Assembly: GCA_043778555.1 (NCBI GenBank)
Contig: JAYWFY010000045.1
Span: forward strand, 1 to 59,254
DNA length: 59,254 nt
Direction: 5' to 3'
DNA from: a bacterium
GTDB taxonomy: Bacteria > Patescibacteriota > JACMRA01
Position 1 is the stretch's first letter; every line of letters begins with the position of its first letter. The notes below the pieces were generated by a model. That model was not told the origin of the DNA and made no database searches. It was given only the letters and a program-made list of their open reading frames with translations. The position numbers and the translations under genes are program-made. Shown here in pieces: positions 24,901-32,223 of this stretch.

Positions 24901-25563
24901 ATGGATTTTTCAAACTATCAATTCAGGTGTTCACAACTTCCGCTTTTAATGACTAAATCAAAGAAAGCTGGAGAGCTATCTGAAACTGTCAAAACAGTTC
25001 TCCAAGAAATTTGGATCAAAGAAATCTATTTTAGAGAAAAAATCATCACTTCTAAGTACCTTGAAAAAGGTATAAACCAAGAAGACAAATCAATCGAATT
25101 ATACAATGAGTATAGTCAAACATTTACAACCAAAAATAGTCAAAAGTTTTTTGGTGAATATTTAGTTGGTACTCCAGATATAATCCGAGAAAACTCAGTC
25201 GATGACATCAAAACTTGCTGGGATATTTGGAGCTTTTCCAAAAAGTCTTATGATACAGCTAAAAAAGATTATTACTACCAATTACTAGCCTATATGATCC
25301 TTACTGAGCGTCAAGAAGCCTCTATTGTCTATTGTCTATTAAACAACTCAGAAGAGATTATAACAAAAGAATCTTGGGGGATGAATGAAGCTCAAATTGC
25401 TCAAGTGAGATACAACAATACTTATGATGACATTCCAGTTCATGATAAAGTCAAAGTATTCCATTTTAGCTACGACAAAGACGAAGTTGCAGCAGTTTAT
25501 GCGCAGCTAGATCTATGCCGAGAATATCTTAAAAATATAAAATATGAATCCTTTAACCAATAA
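24901..25563 (+). CDS. PD-(D/E)XK exonuclease (YqaJ/lambda-Exo-like)
   Basis: ..GTPDII..(9)..DDIKTCW.. gives a D..D-x-K motif. The gene lies 3 nt downstream of the SSAP gene. Confidence 0.55.
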   Translation: MDFSNYQFRCSQLPLLMTKSKKAGELSETVKTVLQEIWIKEIYFREKIITSKYLEKGINQEDKSIELYNEYSQTFTTKNSQKFFGEYLVGTPDIIRENSVDDIKTCWDIWSFSKKSYDTAKKDYYYQLLAYMILTERQEASIVYCLLNNSEEIITKESWGMNEAQIAQVRYNNTYDDIPVHDKVKVFHFSYDKDEVAAVYAQLDLCREYLKNIKYESFNQ

Positions 25564-25568
25564 ATTTT

Positions 25569-25673
25569 ATGATTATTTATACTATCAAAAACCACCAAGT
25601 TCTTGTTTCAGATTCGATCATTTTTAGTGACAATTTAATCAATTACTATTTCTTCAAAAAAATCTATTATTAA
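25569..25673 (+). CDS. Micro-ORF (34 aa)
   Basis: Hand translation: MIIYTIKNHQVLVSDSIIFSDNLINYYFFKKIYY*. It starts 5 nt after the exonuclease stop. Confidence 0.3.
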   Translation: MIIYTIKNHQVLVSDSIIFSDNLINYYFFKKIYY

Positions 25674-25674
25674 A

Positions 25675-25764
25675 ATGCTCTCTATGGACTTTATTTACTC
25701 ATTATTCCCTTGTATTACAGGCTTCATAATTGGTAGTTTAATTGCAAAACACATCTTAAAATAA
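25675..25764 (+). CDS. Micro-ORF (29 aa), single-TM peptide
   Basis: MLSMDFIYSLFPCITGFIIGSLIAKHILK*. It starts 1 nt after the previous stop. Confidence 0.35.
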   Translation: MLSMDFIYSLFPCITGFIIGSLIAKHILK

Positions 25765-25775
25765 CCCTTTATAAC

Positions 25776-25880
25776 ATGACTAACTCACAAACCATAATTA
25801 ACTTCATAATCTGGTTAATCCTAGCAGGCTATTTTTTAGCCATCTTTACCTATTTTCTATTCCATTCAGGAGTTCAGTGA
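25776..25880 (+). CDS. Micro-ORF (34 aa), single-TM peptide
   Basis: MTNSQTIINFIIWLILAGYFLAIFTYFLFHSGVQ*. Confidence 0.35.
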   Translation: MTNSQTIINFIIWLILAGYFLAIFTYFLFHSGVQ

Positions 25881-25922
25881 TAAAAAGCTTATAAGAATCG
25901 ACAAACTTGCTTTGGGAAAAAT

Positions 25923-26156
25923 CTATAATCCACCAAGCATTTCAAAAAAAGTTTCTTCATCTAGTCCTATTTGTTTCAGATATGTTTTTACATGAAACGG
26001 TGGTATATTTTTATCTTTTGGCTTGACAATCAGTGGTCGTTTATCTCCTATACGAGCGTAAAAAAAGTGGCTACCAGTAGATCTGATAAACACAAACCCT
26101 AGCAGTTCTAATATTTTTACAAAATCTTTAGTTTTGATAGGAGGGAACGGCGGCAT
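25923..26156 (-). CDS. hicA: HicA-family mRNA interferase toxin
   Basis: 77 aa. ..KDFVKILELLGFVFIRSTGSHFFY..PLIVKPKDKNIPPFHVKTYLKQIGL matches the HicA pattern (GSH...; vp.H...l..g.l..ilkq.g). Confidence 0.75.
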   Translation of the reverse strand: MPPFPPIKTKDFVKILELLGFVFIRSTGSHFFYARIGDKRPLIVKPKDKNIPPFHVKTYLKQIGLDEETFFEMLGGL

Positions 26157-26490
26157 GAGTAGCTGGTTTAAAAGATAACAATGTTTTTATTACAAAAGGT
26201 GGAATAATCGTCACTTCATGATCGTTCTCTATTACTTTCCAGCCACATTCGCTCATTACTTCGTTCAGTGTGCCAAGATCCATCAAAGTTTCAAAAAACC
26301 CTTGCAAAGCCTCATTCATCTCGGTAAAACAACCTTCTTGAGTATCTGCCCAAGTTGAGACTTCCAAATCTGGACATTCTACTAGCCATAGACCGTTTTC
26401 TTGTAAAGATATTTCAATAGGTACACCACCCATCAGCTGGATTTGTTTTGTGACAGTGTTCACTTTACAGATTTTGTTATTATTTTTCAT
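26128..26490 (-). CDS. hicB: HicB-family antitoxin
   Basis: ATG at 26490 (MKNNNKICK..; the track start at 26580 is a TTG). ..GLWLVECPDLEVSTWADTQEGCFTEMNEALQGFFE.. is a HicB/UPF0150-like fold motif. It overlaps hicA by 29 nt. Confidence 0.6.
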   Translation of the reverse strand: MKNNNKICKVNTVTKQIQLMGGVPIEISLQENGLWLVECPDLEVSTWADTQEGCFTEMNEALQGFFETLMDLGTLNEVMSECGWKVIENDHEVTIIPPFVIKTLLSFKPATHAAVPSYQN

Positions 26491-26500
26491 ATGTAATTGT

Positions 26501-26529
26501 ATTATATCACACTTTTTGTTATTACACAA
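26501..26529 (-). promoter_or_regulatory. hicBA promoter
   Basis: Minus strand: TTGTGT-17-(TGa)TATAAT, with the ATG 10 nt downstream. Confidence 0.55.
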
Positions 26530-26603
26530 ATATTGTTTATTTTCAAGCTCTTTGTCAAATTGTAGAAACTCACGTAGCAATTGATCAGCAGTAAAATCTT
26601 CAC

Positions 26604-26641
26604 TAGATAGTTAAGCAATTAATAATTTTACAGCCAAGAAA
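26604..26641 (+). promoter_or_regulatory. Conserved 38-mer leader/operator, copy 2
   Basis: TAGATAGTTAAGCAATTAATAATTTTACAGCCAAGAAA. Confidence 0.7.
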
Positions 26642-26654
26642 TCAAAACTTTAAT

Positions 26655-26722
26655 TCTATTCATTAATCCAGTGAATAGAGCCTAAGGTTTTTACCTTAAT
26701 CCGTTGCCGACAAAAACAACGG
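26655..26722 (+). promoter_or_regulatory. Three consecutive hairpins in the envelope-operon leader
   Basis: TCTATTCA-N9-TGAATAGA, then TAAGGT-tttt-ACCTTA, then CCGTTG-N10-CAACGG. AATCC(A/G)T occurs in or next to the loops. Confidence 0.5.
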
Positions 26723-26780
26723 TGGAAACAAATACAAACAAGTGGACATACTTTTACAACCAAAACAAACAACAAACATT

Positions 26781-26882
26781 ATGCCTGAATTCATGCAGCA
26801 ATACATCTCACCAACATCTACACCAGTGCCACCATCTGACGCTGAAATCCTAAATACTATTACAAACCAATTATCAAAATAA
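26781..26882 (+). CDS. Leader micro-ORF (33 aa)
   Basis: MPEFMQQYISPTSTPVPPSDAEILNTITNQLSK*. Its start context CAAAACAA..TTATGCC is shared with 23706. Confidence 0.3.
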   Translation: MPEFMQQYISPTSTPVPPSDAEILNTITNQLSK

Positions 26883-26954
26883 ACATTATGTTAGAAATAT
26901 ACATCAGAACTGAAAGCGGCAATGCTACTGGTTCAATTTGCAACCAATAAAAAA

Positions 26955-27131
26955 ATGAGCTTGTTACAGCTCACTAATAAATTTCTTTCAAAAAATTCAC
27001 TTTTAATTATGACCCAAACCCAACAAACAGTCAAATCAAAATTAGTATTAATCCTCAAAATCTTAGCCTCTATCCTTACAGCTAAGTATTTTTTAGACAT
27101 TTTTTTCTACTTTTTAACAAACACCAACTAA
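26955..27131 (+). CDS. Small membrane protein
   Basis: ATG inside track ORF 26922..27131. TM segment LVLILKILASILTAKYFLDIFFYFL. Confidence 0.4.
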   Translation: MSLLQLTNKFLSKNSLLIMTQTQQTVKSKLVLILKILASILTAKYFLDIFFYFLTNTN

Positions 27132-27138
27132 TTCTAAA

Positions 27139-27360
27139 ATGACAAACACAAGCACAAAAGAGGAGATCCTTCTCGAAAACAAAAAGTTTACAGCCAGCTT
27201 GATTTTTATTCCAATGCTCGCAGTGTTGATCGCTGGAGTAATAGGCGGTATCAACCAACAGCCAAGCCCTCAGTATCCAGATTTGCCAAAAGGTTGCACT
27301 CCAACTTCACGGTCAATGTTTTGTCCAAACTGGTACCAAAATTCTATCAATCTCAAATAA
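27139..27360 (+). CDS. Small single-TM protein with an extracytoplasmic Cys pair
   Basis: 73 aa with TM LIFIPMLAVLIAGVIGG, then ..GCTPTSRSMFCPNWY. Confidence 0.55.
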   Translation: MTNTSTKEEILLENKKFTASLIFIPMLAVLIAGVIGGINQQPSPQYPDLPKGCTPTSRSMFCPNWYQNSINLK

Positions 27361-27370
27361 CCAAGCCAAA

Positions 27371-27613
27371 ATGTCTCTATATATATTTTTAGGTTTTATT
27401 GCTTTTATCGCAATAGCCAGCTCCAAAAAACCACAAACAAAATCATCCAACAACCACGCCAATCAGTTAGCTCCTACAGCTTACCACGCTCAGTCTATGA
27501 GCCACCTTGAAGGCGTAGGTACAATGGCAACCCAAATCACCAACAACGCCAGCTTTGGCAAGTTCCAAGGTTTAGATGGGACTATTGTCAACTGGTCAAT
27601 CGAAAAAAAATAA
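27371..27613 (+). CDS. Small N-terminally anchored or secreted protein
   Basis: 80 aa with N-terminal hydrophobic MSLYIFLGFIAFIAIASS. Confidence 0.55.
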   Translation: MSLYIFLGFIAFIAIASSKKPQTKSSNNHANQLAPTAYHAQSMSHLEGVGTMATQITNNASFGKFQGLDGTIVNWSIEKK

Positions 27614-27621
27614 ATACATAT

Positions 27622-28041
27622 ATGCCTACCATCACACTACCTCGCTTTTCAGATATGCTTAAAAAACAGCCAACCGAGAAGGATCTCAATGACCAGCGTG
27701 TCCGAGATCAATACAAAAAAGAAGCTATTACTCAAGCCGACCTAGAAGCTCAAAAGCAAATAGTCAAAAGTAATATACCATCTTTAATCTTTGTACTTTT
27801 AGTCGTTGCAGCAACAATTTATGGTTATTTTAGTCAAGAATTTGTAGCTAGATTTTTTACAGAATTAATTATTAGCTGGATTGATCAAGCCAATTTATTT
27901 ATCAGAACTCCTCAGGGCATTTTGATATTGGCAATGTTTATCTACATTGTAGCCGTGACCAAGTTTCCAGCTCAAACACATTTTATACAAACAAAAACAT
28001 CAACATTATGGTCAAAACTATCCTCATTATTGCAGCGGTAA
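27622..28041 (+). CDS. Membrane protein (2 TM)
   Basis: 139 aa with TMs IPSLIFVLLVVAATIYGYF and GILILAMFIYIVAV. Confidence 0.55.
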   Translation: MPTITLPRFSDMLKKQPTEKDLNDQRVRDQYKKEAITQADLEAQKQIVKSNIPSLIFVLLVVAATIYGYFSQEFVARFFTELIISWIDQANLFIRTPQGILILAMFIYIVAVTKFPAQTHFIQTKTSTLWSKLSSLLQR

Positions 28042-28670
28042 TCTATGTCTTTGTGACTTTTATAGCTCCAATTCCAAAAGATATACAAGCCAAGCAAGCC
28101 TATGGTCTTACTTCTAACAAAGTTATTCCAATTACAGCTCAAGCTCAAACCAATATTACTCAGATTATAGGCAACAAACTCAAAGAAGCTAACCCAGCCC
28201 AGTATCTAGGTCAAAGCATCAAAACTTCTAGTATTGGTCTAGTGGACAACCAAACCCTAGATTGTGTGGATCTGTTTAATGTTGATCTCTTCAACCGTAC
28301 AGGCATCAAACCCAAGATTAAAGTTGGCGGTGCAAAACAAATCTGGAATAATCCAAGCCTAGAGATTGACCAAAGTATCAAATTTGAGAAAATTCTAAAC
28401 AGCCCAGACTTTGTACCTAAAAAAGGTGATTATCTTGTTTGGACTACTTACCCAGAAAGTGATAATCCAAAGTTTAAGTCCAAAGACGGTGCAGGCAATG
28501 TTTTAGCAGGTGACAGCGATTATGGTCACGTGGCTATAGACAGCGGAGAATCAACTTCTAATATGCTTATTGATTACGAGCAAGATACCTTTGCAAATGT
28601 TCCAACTTACAAAGCAGAAAGATCTTATCACAATCTTGCAGGCGTAATCCGCTTAATTTCAATCAATTAA
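28008..28670 (+). CDS. Exported/anchored CHAP-domain peptidoglycan hydrolase
   Basis: N-terminal signal anchor ILIIAAVIYVFVTFIA. Candidate catalytic Cys in ..TLDCVDLF.. and His in ..DYGHVAID.., a CHAP pattern. Confidence 0.65.
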   Translation: MVKTILIIAAVIYVFVTFIAPIPKDIQAKQAYGLTSNKVIPITAQAQTNITQIIGNKLKEANPAQYLGQSIKTSSIGLVDNQTLDCVDLFNVDLFNRTGIKPKIKVGGAKQIWNNPSLEIDQSIKFEKILNSPDFVPKKGDYLVWTTYPESDNPKFKSKDGAGNVLAGDSDYGHVAIDSGESTSNMLIDYEQDTFANVPTYKAERSYHNLAGVIRLISIN

Positions 28671-28680
28671 CAAAAATAAA

Positions 28681-29460
28681 ATGTCCAACATCAAAACATA
28701 CATGTTTGTAGCAGGTTTTATTATCCTTGCAGTAGTTGCAATTAATAACCCAAGACAAACACCAAACAAAACAGCTCAGGCACAAGTGACAGCCCAGTCA
28801 AGTATTTCTAATGTTTCAAGCGTTTCAAGCATTCCATCCAGTAAAACCAAAACTGAAACTATCAAAGTAGAAGCCCAAAGCGAGCCAACACTAGCTCAAA
28901 GTACAGACGATAATGTCAAAGCCGAAATGTTAGCCAAAGCGGATCAAAAATTCAGCTGGAACGCCAGCAACTCTACAGTAGCTAATGTTGTTATTCCAGA
29001 AGTCAAAGCCACAAGTTGCAATACCACTGTTGACGCTCATAGCTTAAAAAACGATATGCAAAAGGGCTCAGAACAGATCAATTTCTTTTTAGATTATTTT
29101 ATAGACAAAGGCTTTACTTGCAACGGTGCTAGCTACATGACAGCCTCACTAATTACCGAATCAAGTTTAAATTCTCTCAAAGATGAAAAGTGTGGCTTTG
29201 GTTTTTGTGGTGAATCTGAAGGGCTAGCTCAGTGGCGATCTACTAGACTCAAGGAACTCCGCAAAACCTGCGACCCGCAAGGCGACCGTGACTGTCAACT
29301 AAAGTTTTTGATACAGGAACTCAAACAGCGAGGTCAATATCAACCTTTTCTTACAGACGATGTAGACAATATAAAATCTACAATTGCCAAGTACGAAGGG
29401 TATGCCACACCGGGTGACCGCTTTGAGATAGCCACCAAAATTTTAAACAATCTAAAGTAA
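28681..29460 (+). CDS. Exported phage-tail-lysozyme-like (lysozyme-fold) protein
   Basis: Signal peptide (..FIILAVVAINN..KTAQAQV) and an S-rich linker. ..ASLITESSLN..GFGFCGESEGLAQWRSTRLKEL..CQLKFLIQELK.. resembles the Phage_lysozyme2 pattern (ES...G.GiaQW...R...L...Ql.f...El). Confidence 0.55.
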   Translation: MSNIKTYMFVAGFIILAVVAINNPRQTPNKTAQAQVTAQSSISNVSSVSSIPSSKTKTETIKVEAQSEPTLAQSTDDNVKAEMLAKADQKFSWNASNSTVANVVIPEVKATSCNTTVDAHSLKNDMQKGSEQINFFLDYFIDKGFTCNGASYMTASLITESSLNSLKDEKCGFGFCGESEGLAQWRSTRLKELRKTCDPQGDRDCQLKFLIQELKQRGQYQPFLTDDVDNIKSTIAKYEGYATPGDRFEIATKILNNLK

Positions 29461-29471
29461 TTCTAATTTTT

Positions 29472-29576
29472 ATGTCACATTACGATCACAAGATCTATTC
29501 AACTATTGTCTATCCAACAATCTCAATCCTCATTTTTTCAACAATTTTATTCATCTATTTTCTTTTTAAACTCTAA
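29472..29576 (+). CDS. Micro-ORF (34 aa), hydrophobic peptide
   Basis: Hand translation: MSHYDHKIYSTIVYPTISILIFSTILFIYFLFKL*. It ends 5 nt before the next ATG. Confidence 0.3.
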   Translation: MSHYDHKIYSTIVYPTISILIFSTILFIYFLFKL

Positions 29577-29581
29577 CTATT

Positions 29582-29824
29582 ATGTCCAAAATTATCAAAT
29601 TATCAATCACCATTTTTTGTTTTCTCACTACTTTTTTTGTAGCAAATGCAATATCTCAATCTTACCAATTAGACAGCTTACTTGTCCAAGCTAACCGTCA
29701 CCAAAGCGTCATAAACAAAACAATGACGAACGGCTCTTGCCAATCTGTCAACGCTTGCACAACCAGTCAAAAAGGAGTAGGTTTGGCTGCCAACGATTGC
29801 AAGCCTACAGAAACTTGCCAATAG
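29582..29824 (+). CDS. Small secreted Cys-rich protein
   Basis: 80 aa with signal peptide ..ITIFCFLTTFFVANA and a mature part with 4 Cys (..GSCQSVNACTT..NDCKPTETCQ). A terminator follows. Confidence 0.55.
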   Translation: MSKIIKLSITIFCFLTTFFVANAISQSYQLDSLLVQANRHQSVINKTMTNGSCQSVNACTTSQKGVGLAANDCKPTETCQ

Positions 29825-29829
29825 ACTTA

Positions 29830-29854
29830 GACCGCCTCACCAGCGGTTTTTTTT
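29830..29854 (+). terminator. Terminator of the envelope operon
   Basis: GACCGC-ctcacca-GCGGTT plus T8, then GTTGCT. Confidence 0.6.
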
Positions 29855-30022
29855 GTTGCTCAAATTCCAAGCAAAAAATCATTTGTCAAAGTGGCGTTAT
29901 GGAATGGTGCAAATAACCTTGTGCAGTTGCTAATGCCTTGTTATTGTTGGTTATATGCCGTTTGTTGTCAAATAGTCTTGACAAGTTAAACTCAAAGTGT
30001 CAATATTATATTAAGTAGAAGT

Positions 30023-30046
30023 TGTAATTAATTAATGTTAATTACA
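30023..30046. repeat. AT-rich palindrome TGTAATTAA-ttaatg-TTAATTACA (attP core or sRNA hairpin candidate)
   Basis: 9-bp perfect arms, 42 nt from the int stop codon. Confidence 0.6.
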
Positions 30047-30050
30047 TATT

Positions 30051-30077
30051 GCCCCTCGATTTGAGGGGTCTTTTTTT
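30051..30077 (+). terminator. Strong intrinsic terminator next to the 3' end of int
   Basis: GCCCCTC-gattt-GAGGGGT plus T7. Confidence 0.7.
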
Positions 30078-30088
30078 ATGCCCAAAAA

Positions 30089-31756
30089 TCACACTTTCAA
30101 ACTCATAATCACACCGACCCGCTCTTGACAAAACTGTAATAAATAATCAACCTTAAAAGGTTCAATATTGACCCGCTCAGTTGCACCATTGACAAATTCA
30201 TCATCTAATTCACCCCAAAAGTCCCTTAACAAAGGGCTTTTTTGTTGGTTCAATACAACCACTTTGTCATCTTTCTTATAGACTACAAATCCTTCAGGAA
30301 AAAGCAAGTTCAAAAGCTTTTTTTTAGTGGTATTATTGGCTTGATTAAAGCGTTTGTCAATTTCTATAGCTTCATCCAAACAAAGGTTCAATACATCTCC
30401 GACTTTGGCTTTTGGCTCACTAGATAATTTAATCAATTCTTTTTTGTATTCTAAAATCTTATTATTGTTTTCTACAGATTTTTTTTCAATAGCTTTCACC
30501 AAAGCTGGAGAATCAACAAGTAATATTTTTGCCACTGCCGTTTCATTTTCGATTTCAATATCTTTAATTTTTCGTTTAATCTTATCAATTTCTTTTTGGT
30601 TTTCAGCTTGTATATTTTTAGCTTTCTCTCCGAGGTATTTTTGCAGGTATTGAATAAATTTCAATGACAATACTTGTTTGGACAAATAGTTCAAAACTTC
30701 AAGCTCTATGAGTTCAGAGCGTATTGTCTTTGATTGCTGGTTACAGCCACGAGTGGGGCAAGCGTAATATTGCCACTCCAAAACACTCCCATTTTTTAAT
30801 GTTTTCTTTTTTAATTGTGTTGTCATGAAGTTTTGACACTCACTACATTTAGCGCAGCGTTTAAATATAAATTGATTATTGTTATTTTTCATGTATGCTG
30901 ATCTTTGAGATTTATTAATTCTTTCTAATATTTTTAAGTAAGTGTTTAAATCGATAATAGGCTTGTGAAGAGCATTTGACTTTGGGAAATTTGTTTTTTT
31001 GTCTACATTCTTTGGGTCGTACATATCTACGCCTTGGTTGGGTTTGTGGATAAATCCAGCATACAGAGGATTGGTGAGCATATCTTTGACATCCTCTTGT
31101 CTCTTGTTTATTCCAAGGCTTCTCAGATACTTTTGAACCTCTGCGCAACCTGAATAATTCCCATTAGCAAAGTCTTCTAGTAGCTCTTTAACTACAGGGG
31201 CTTTATCATTTTGTTGCATTATTTTAAGTTGTGATTTACCACTATTGTCATAGCCAAGTGGTGAGCCATAAAACCAATAACCTTGCTGGAGTCTCGCTTT
31301 TGACCGCTCCTTGGCTGTAGTAAGGTTAGATTTACGCATAAACTCATCTTGCCCACCCATCATCGTGAGCATTAACCAGCCAGCGTCAGTTTTCATATCT
31401 ACACCGTGCAGGTTAAAAAATTGAACATCATAATTATAGTCTTTTGTCAGTGTATCTACTGTAGAAAGCAGGAATATTACATCCCGAGCTAGCCTTGAAG
31501 TAGAAGGAAACAGCACCGTCAGATTTGGATTTTCTTTGCATTTTACTAGCAACAAATCAATCCCCTCTCGCTGTCTATTTCCTCCGCTAATAGCTTCATC
31601 TTGGAATGATTCCATGATCATATACCCATATTTTTTGGCATATTCCTTGCACTCTTGTAGCTGTGAACTCAGACCATTACCTTCGGTGACTTGCTTCCGT
31701 GATGACACTCTGCAATAGGTAAAACAGGGCTTTAGTTCTTGGACTTGGTCGGACAT
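30089..31756 (-). CDS. int: Large serine recombinase (integrase)
   Basis: 555 aa. N-terminal resolvase motif ..FTYCRVSSRKQ... It also has a recombinase domain, a zinc ribbon (CAKCSEC..YYACPTRGC) and a C-terminal coiled coil. Confidence 0.85.
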   Translation of the reverse strand: MSDQVQELKPCFTYCRVSSRKQVTEGNGLSSQLQECKEYAKKYGYMIMESFQDEAISGGNRQREGIDLLLVKCKENPNLTVLFPSTSRLARDVIFLLSTVDTLTKDYNYDVQFFNLHGVDMKTDAGWLMLTMMGGQDEFMRKSNLTTAKERSKARLQQGYWFYGSPLGYDNSGKSQLKIMQQNDKAPVVKELLEDFANGNYSGCAEVQKYLRSLGINKRQEDVKDMLTNPLYAGFIHKPNQGVDMYDPKNVDKKTNFPKSNALHKPIIDLNTYLKILERINKSQRSAYMKNNNNQFIFKRCAKCSECQNFMTTQLKKKTLKNGSVLEWQYYACPTRGCNQQSKTIRSELIELEVLNYLSKQVLSLKFIQYLQKYLGEKAKNIQAENQKEIDKIKRKIKDIEIENETAVAKILLVDSPALVKAIEKKSVENNNKILEYKKELIKLSSEPKAKVGDVLNLCLDEAIEIDKRFNQANNTTKKKLLNLLFPEGFVVYKKDDKVVVLNQQKSPLLRDFWGELDDEFVNGATERVNIEPFKVDYLLQFCQERVGVIMSLKV

Positions 31757-31910
31757 ACTGTATATTGTCGTACAAAAAGTAAGATCAAGTCAAGACGACA
31801 AAAAACACCCTAAAGTAGAGTGAAAAATCTTTCGCCATTTTTTTTATTTTCTATTATAATGTAGAAAAATATAACTATTGTCAAAACTAATAAAAAATGC
31901 TCAAAGCTCT

Positions 31911-32216
31911 TTATTTTATTTTATCGGTTTGAACTTTTATAAGCTCCTGCTTGGTCATGATTATCGTGACGCTTTGCTGCAACGCTTCTGATGCTTCTAC
32001 GCTTTTTTCTAGGGCGTTTATAGACCTACTTGTCAGTTCGATCAAGGTTTTATTACTTTCTTTCATCTCAGTTTTGAATTCTCCATCGAGAGTGTCATAC
32101 CTAAAATTGTTCTCTTTTTGAGTTTGCGAAATATATCGAGTGATAAAGTATGAAGCAACCCCGACCGCACCAAGAACGGGGAACTGATCAAGAATGTGAA
32201 TATATATTTGTTCCAT
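31911..32216 (-). CDS. Lysis-associated single-TM protein (holin or spanin-like candidate)
   Basis: ATG (MEQIYIHIL..) just after the endolysin stop. TM FPVLGAVGVASYFI, then a coiled coil. Confidence 0.45.
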   Translation of the reverse strand: MEQIYIHILDQFPVLGAVGVASYFITRYISQTQKENNFRYDTLDGEFKTEMKESNKTLIELTSRSINALEKSVEASEALQQSVTIIMTKQELIKVQTDKIK

Positions 32217-32223
32217 TGACGAT

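Noticed and set aside
9437-26611. The 7-mer AGTAGAT on its own as a regulatory motif
   Set aside because: A 7-mer is expected several times by chance in about 59 kb on two strands. Only the longer matches (the 15-nt inverted repeat, the 10-mer ATAGTAGATT and the 38-mer) carry weight, so the operator idea is reported as a hypothesis only.
29506-29694. 62-aa plus-strand ORF
   Set aside because: It has a non-ATG start and a low-complexity product. It conflicts with the signal-peptide ORF 29582..29824 and the 34-aa hydrophobic ORF, both of which fit the operon spacing.
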